A stretch of DNA of 64,000 bases from an uncultured bacterium. GTDB taxonomy: Bacteria > Chloroflexota > UBA5177 > JANWHV01. The notes beneath the pieces are model-generated. The model was not told the origin of the DNA, searched no databases, and saw only the letters and a program-made list of their open reading frames with translations. The position numbers and the translations under genes were made by a program. The stretch lies in assembly GCA_963827235.1 (NCBI GenBank), contig CAWHAE010000010.1, forward strand, positions 576,001-640,000. The letters run 5' to 3'. Shown one piece after another: positions 59,959 through 64,000 of the stretch (the stretch's first letter is position 1; each line of letters begins with the position of its first letter).

Positions 59959-60579
59959 CTAGGGTAGATCGCAATCGGCCGCCTCTGGGGTATCGGAAGC
60001 GGCGCTGTCGGCAGAGCCCAAGATTTTCGGCACATCCGTACGCTCATAGAGCAGGGAGACCGGGAAACGGACGGCGATGCTCTCCAGCTCCACGACGTCG
60101 TCCGGGCCATAGATCTCAGTGGTCCACTCGGGCACGGCTCGGCGATACACCTCCATCCCCTGATACCGCGTGGCGATCAGCACGTATTCCTGGATGCTCG
60201 CGCACTCCCTGTAAAGCTTGAACTTGAGGTAGCGGTCCGTTTGCTCCGTCGAATCAGACAGCACTTCCACGACGACGCGTGGCACCGTGACCTTCGTCGC
60301 CCGACCTCGGTCGTGTTCGTCACACGTCACGGAGGCATCCGGTAGCCGATAGCGAGTCGGCGAGAGCTGTACGGCGGCATCGGAGTCGTAGGCTCGACAG
60401 GGCCCGTCTCCAAGTCCGGCGTTGATGGCGGAGATAGCGTTGTGCTTCACCGAAGAATGGTCGAGCGTGCCGCCGGCCTTGCCAATGAGCCGGCCGTCAT
60501 GGTACTCGTACCTGGCCTCGCCGGATCGCAGTATCTCGAAGTATTCCTCGACGCCGACCTCCGACGGTTGAGCCACCAT
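59959..60579 (-). CDS. Uma2-family (DUF820) endonuclease-like protein
   Basis: RYEYHDG, YRLPDASVTC, VVVEVLSDSTE..DR..KF..Y, EYVLI; ATG at 60579 after AGGAGG. Confidence 0.9.
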   Translation of the reverse strand: MVAQPSEVGVEEYFEILRSGEARYEYHDGRLIGKAGGTLDHSSVKHNAISAINAGLGDGPCRAYDSDAAVQLSPTRYRLPDASVTCDEHDRGRATKVTVPRVVVEVLSDSTEQTDRYLKFKLYRECASIQEYVLIATRYQGMEVYRRAVPEWTTEIYGPDDVVELESIAVRFPVSLLYERTDVPKILGSADSAASDTPEAADCDLP

Positions 60580-60638
60580 AGTGCCTCCTCTTGCGGCATT
60601 GCGCAAGCCGCGCCGGTAACCGCACGCGCTTGAGAATA

Positions 60639-60714
60639 CGTCAAGGCTCTCGGGCTGCCCCAGGACTCGCGCTGAAAGGTTGCATGGCCCGTCGAGGCTC
60701 TCGGGATGCCCCAG
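60639..60714. repeat. Two about 25-bp direct repeats, 51 bp apart
   Basis: CGTCAAGGCTCTCGGGCTGCCCCAG (60639) and CGTCGAGGCTCTCGGGATGCCCCAG (60690); 2 mismatches. Confidence 0.75.
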
Positions 60715-61012
60715 AATACTTCTCAACGAGCGTCCGGGTACCCGCCAGGGGAAGCCCCCAAGTGCGAAGCTCACTCCGCTTCCGTGACCTCCGATCCGGC
60801 CAGCCCGTCGGAGCCGTGCGAGCCTGCCCGGCGACACGTAGAATGATAGCGCGCGGAGGGTAGTGTCAGGTCGTCCGGTACACGAGCATATTCCTATATA
60901 CGCGACAGGCCGTATCGCGGACTATAGGAATGTCCCGACCGAAGTACGCCGGCCGTCCGGGCAGCGGCGCGTACTTCGCGGCAGAGTTGTGGGGCACAAG
61001 AGAGGCTCGAGC

Positions 61013-61690
61013 ATGGCCACTGCCGTGGAACCGGATCGAGAGACACCGGCGCCGCGCCGGCCGGCCGTATTTCTGGACCGGGACGGCGTGATCAACGCGA
61101 ACCGGGCCGACTACGTGCTCGGCCCGGATCAGTTCAGGTTTCTCCCGGGAGTGTTGCGCGCCCTGGCCATGCTCCGGGCGGCCGCCCGGCCGGTGATCGT
61201 GGTAACCAACCAGCCGGTGGTCGGCAAAGGCCTGATGAGCGTGCAGACGCTTGAAGACATGCACGCGCGCATGCGCGCGGACGTGGAGGCGGCGGGCGGA
61301 TCGATCCTGGACGTGCTGTACTGCCCGCACCTTGCCTCGGCGAACTGCGACTGCCGCAAGCCCAAGCCGGGCCTGCTGCTCACGGCGGCGGAGCGGCACC
61401 AGATCGACCTGAGCGAGAGCTTCTACGTCGGCGACGCCCTGAGCGACATCGAGGCGGGACAGTCGGCGGGCTGCCGCTGCGTGCTGGTGCAAACGGGGCG
61501 CGGCCGCTCGCAGGTCCTGCGCGAGGAGGCGCGGTTCCTGCACGGCTATCACACGGCCAACGATCTGCTGGGAGCAGCCAAGTGGATCCTCTCGCAGAAG
61601 CCGGCGGTCCACACCGCGCAGGCGCTCGCATCTGCCGAGCCGGCCACCGCCTCTCTCTGGCAGCTGGATATGAGCCCGCCCACGACCTAG
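61013..61690 (+). CDS. gmhB: D-glycero-D-manno-heptose-1,7-bisphosphate phosphatase (HAD IIIA)
   Basis: AVFLDRDGVIN, VVTNQ, YCPH...CDCRKPKPG, VGD..SDI.AG, VLV.TG.G. Confidence 0.85.
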   Translation: MATAVEPDRETPAPRRPAVFLDRDGVINANRADYVLGPDQFRFLPGVLRALAMLRAAARPVIVVTNQPVVGKGLMSVQTLEDMHARMRADVEAAGGSILDVLYCPHLASANCDCRKPKPGLLLTAAERHQIDLSESFYVGDALSDIEAGQSAGCRCVLVQTGRGRSQVLREEARFLHGYHTANDLLGAAKWILSQKPAVHTAQALASAEPATASLWQLDMSPPTT

Positions 61691-61912
61691 CGCCCGGTAC
61701 AGCGGCGAGCTCTCCGGCCGATGCAGGCTGGAGCGGGAACGTGCCAAGCACCTGACATCTCTACCCGCGGATGCCGTGTACGGACGGCGCGGCAACAGTC
61801 GCCGTATCGCCGCTTGCCACAGCACAAACCTCTGTTACACTCCCAGTAGGGCTAGCGGCCTCATCGCTCCTCGAGGTCGGGTTGCCTGCCGCAATCGTGA
61901 AAGGATCCGCAG

Positions 61913-62623
61913 ATGCTCAGCCTCGCACCCCGCCGTACGGCCGCGCTGGTTCTTGTCTCGCTCACGTGCCTGGCGTTGCCCGTGCACGCACCTCTGCAAG
62001 CAGCCATCTCCACGGCGCACGCTGCCGCCAGCCTGTACGGCCACAATCTGATCGTCAACGGTGACGCCGAGGCAGGACCGGGTGCGAAGGACGACAGTAC
62101 GTTCATCTCCCCACCCGGCTGGAAGACGCCCGGGCTACCCGGCACCAAAGGGCTCACCGTGGCCACCTACACCGGTTCCGGTCTCGACCTCTCGCCCACG
62201 ACACCGGGACCGAAGAACAGGGGCAAAAACTACTTCTACGGCGGCCCGAGCGGCAGCAGGGACACCAGCGCGGAGCAGCGGATCGACGTGTCTGCCGCGG
62301 CGTCCGCGATCGACGCGGGGACAGTGACATTCACGCTCAGCGGGTGGCTTGGCGGGCTGAGCACGCAGCGCGATAATGCGCTGCTCCGCGCCGTGTTCCT
62401 CGACGGCTCCGGCAAAAAGGTCGGCGCCGCGGCAATTGGGCCTGTGACCCCTTCTATGCGGAAGCAGGAGACCGGTCTCTTTCTGCAGCAGCTCTCCAAG
62501 CAGCTTCCGGCGGGCACGCGGACCGTGGTCGTGGATCTCAGGATGAAATGGTACGACGGCTCGGACAACGACGGCATGGCCGATAACCTCTCGCTGATCC
62601 TCAAGGCGAACGGCGCACAGTGA
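61913..62623 (+). CDS. Secreted jelly-roll/galactose-binding-like (FBA-like) domain protein
   Basis: Signal peptide ending AHA; NLIVNGDAE, Q.IDVS....ID.G...F.LSGWLGG, PAGTR.V...ADNLSL. Confidence 0.7.
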   Translation: MLSLAPRRTAALVLVSLTCLALPVHAPLQAAISTAHAAASLYGHNLIVNGDAEAGPGAKDDSTFISPPGWKTPGLPGTKGLTVATYTGSGLDLSPTTPGPKNRGKNYFYGGPSGSRDTSAEQRIDVSAAASAIDAGTVTFTLSGWLGGLSTQRDNALLRAVFLDGSGKKVGAAAIGPVTPSMRKQETGLFLQQLSKQLPAGTRTVVVDLRMKWYDGSDNDGMADNLSLILKANGAQ

Positions 62624-62878
62624 GGCTTGCGCCGGCAACGTGAGGCAACCCATGGCGTCCTGAATAGGCGGCTACAGCGCGAGCCGGCTTCTCGTGGTTC
62701 AGCGCGCTCTCATGCGTGCTGAGCTGCCGAGACACGAGATACACGAACCGGCCCGCTTTCGGGACGATCGGCTCTTGCGGTCCACCCAAACGGGGCATAT
62801 TGTTGAGGTAAGCGGCAAAGACGCCCACGTCGCGGCGCGCTGGAGCGCCCAAGGCAGCACGATCGGCGGAGGTTGCCC

Positions 62879-63284
62879 ATGAACCGCACGGACAAAGACC
62901 CCGGAACGCCCACGACGGTGGGAGTGATGCTGTTCGACGAACGGCGCAGCCGCGTCTTCGCCGTGCGCGGGAACGCGATCGCGGACGCGCGCGAGTTCGC
63001 GGTCGACCTGCTGCACCCGGCGCCCGGCGATGGCAGGATCGCAGCCAACGCGCCAGGGCGGGAGCGACTCCCGGCTCGGCGGTCGGGTGGCCGACACCGT
63101 CACGCTCTTGAGCGAGATGCTCGACCGTCAACGCGTCGACCGCGTCGTCCTCGTAGCACCGGCCTGGGCAGACGCGCAATTGCGCCGGTATATGCCGTCC
63201 GCGCTTGCCGAGAAGGTCGTCTGTAACGTGAACATCCCCGCCGACGCGGGCGAAAGCACGATCCTGGCGATGGCCCTGGGGTAG
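62879..63284 (+). pseudogene. Host-attachment / bacterial-archaeal release-factor-like (baeRF) domain, frameshifted
   Basis: VGVMLFDERRSRVF in one frame continues as RVAD...VDRVVLVAP....LRRYMPSALAEKVV in another; the shift lies at about 63030-63080. Confidence 0.5.
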
Positions 63285-63561
63285 TGCCGGCCGGTCACGT
63301 CCGGCGCGCCGACCGCTGCCCGAGGGCCGGCGGCGCGGGAACCATTTCTCGCCCTGCTCGGCGGCGTGCTTCCGCGGGAGAGGGACTGTTCCCGGTCACT
63401 CCGCGGGCTCATCGCCGGAGGACGCGTCCAGAACCGCGACGTGTCCATCGCGACCGCAGGCGAGGAGCTCGGCATGTGGATTCGCCGAGCACCTCGACGA
63501 CCAGTGCCGGAGGGCCGCCGGCATCCACCGCCAGCGAGCCCCGATCCTCGTCCACCCGGGC

Positions 63562-63914
63562 CAGGTAGACAAACACGTCCGGATAGGTGTGGTACCAGGA
63601 GCCGTCGGGCCGCCGGCAGCCGTGGGTGCCCTGAAACGCAGATGAGGCAGATACGAGGAGATGACGCAGATGGCGTGCGGCGCGCGGCGGTAGCGTGCAG
63701 GGCGATCGCGGTGAGCCCGGGCCGGCCAGGGCCGTGGGCTCGTGGCATGCAGGACACCTGTGCTTCTCGGCTCACATGGCCTTGCCTGGACATGCACGAT
63801 CCGCATGCATCTGCAACCATCTGCAACCATCTGCAACCATCTGTGATATTTGCGTTTCCGGGAGCCGTACCGGCTGCCCGCCATGTCGAGAAGGCGCTCG
63901 GGTTTGTCTACCTG
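63562..63914. mobile_element. Non-coding nested inverted-repeat element (MITE/REPIN-like) with CAGATG/CATCTG arrays
   Basis: 13-bp perfect terminal IR CAGGTAGACAAAC; inner IR GAAACGCA(G/A)AT at 63633 and 63848-63858; GCAGAT repeats on the left, (CATCTGCAAC)3 CATCTG at 63808-63843 on the right. Confidence 0.55.
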
Positions 63915-64000
63915 TTGGGCGGCGTAGCCGCTCCCGTGCTCCCTGCCGGGGGTGACGGCTCAGCGGGAACGCTCGTCCGGGCGTAGAACAGCTCGATCGG
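63908..64000 (-). CDS. 3' end of a gene entering from the right edge, probably a second Uma2-family protein
   Basis: Manual translation PIELFYARTSVPAEPSPPAGSTGAATPPNR* resembles PVSLLYERTDVP at the end of the 59959 Uma2. Confidence 0.5.
   Translation of the reverse strand, partial: PIELFYARTSVPAEPSPPAGSTGAATPPNR

Noticed and set aside
60639-60714. CRISPR array
   Set aside because: Only two repeats with a gap of about 26 bp and no cas genes in the window.

Overview
High-GC bacterial window with no rRNA, tRNA or CRISPR array visible. Chloroflexota origin is inferred from the DUF2298/YYY proteins, Uma2 nucleases, choice-of-anchor Q domain and TPT/TAT-rich secreted proteins. The left half holds a LacI-regulated transaldolase/MmsA unit with two identical operators, a patch of IS/Tn remnants, a C1/folate operon (MetF-MetV fusion, pterin-binding methyltransferase, Fhs), transporters, a Cre-like tyrosine recombinase and two orphan histidine kinases with closely related catalytic modules. 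The right half holds a 15.5-kb co-oriented membrane glycosylation locus: NHL propeller, two GT-C/GT39 enzymes, an LPG-synthase-type flippase and two DUF2298 proteins. It is followed by three large secreted Thr-rich proteins, PHP, Uma2 and GmhB. The best candidate for an undescribed system is this locus with its adjacent putative substrates, including an Ala/Thr octapeptide-repeat protein preceded by three sigma28-like promoters. Other notable non-coding signals are a 14-7-14 lox-like palindrome, a nested inverted-repeat element at the right edge and a candidate leader RNA before an NRAMP-related transporter. All family calls are by motif recognition without database searches.
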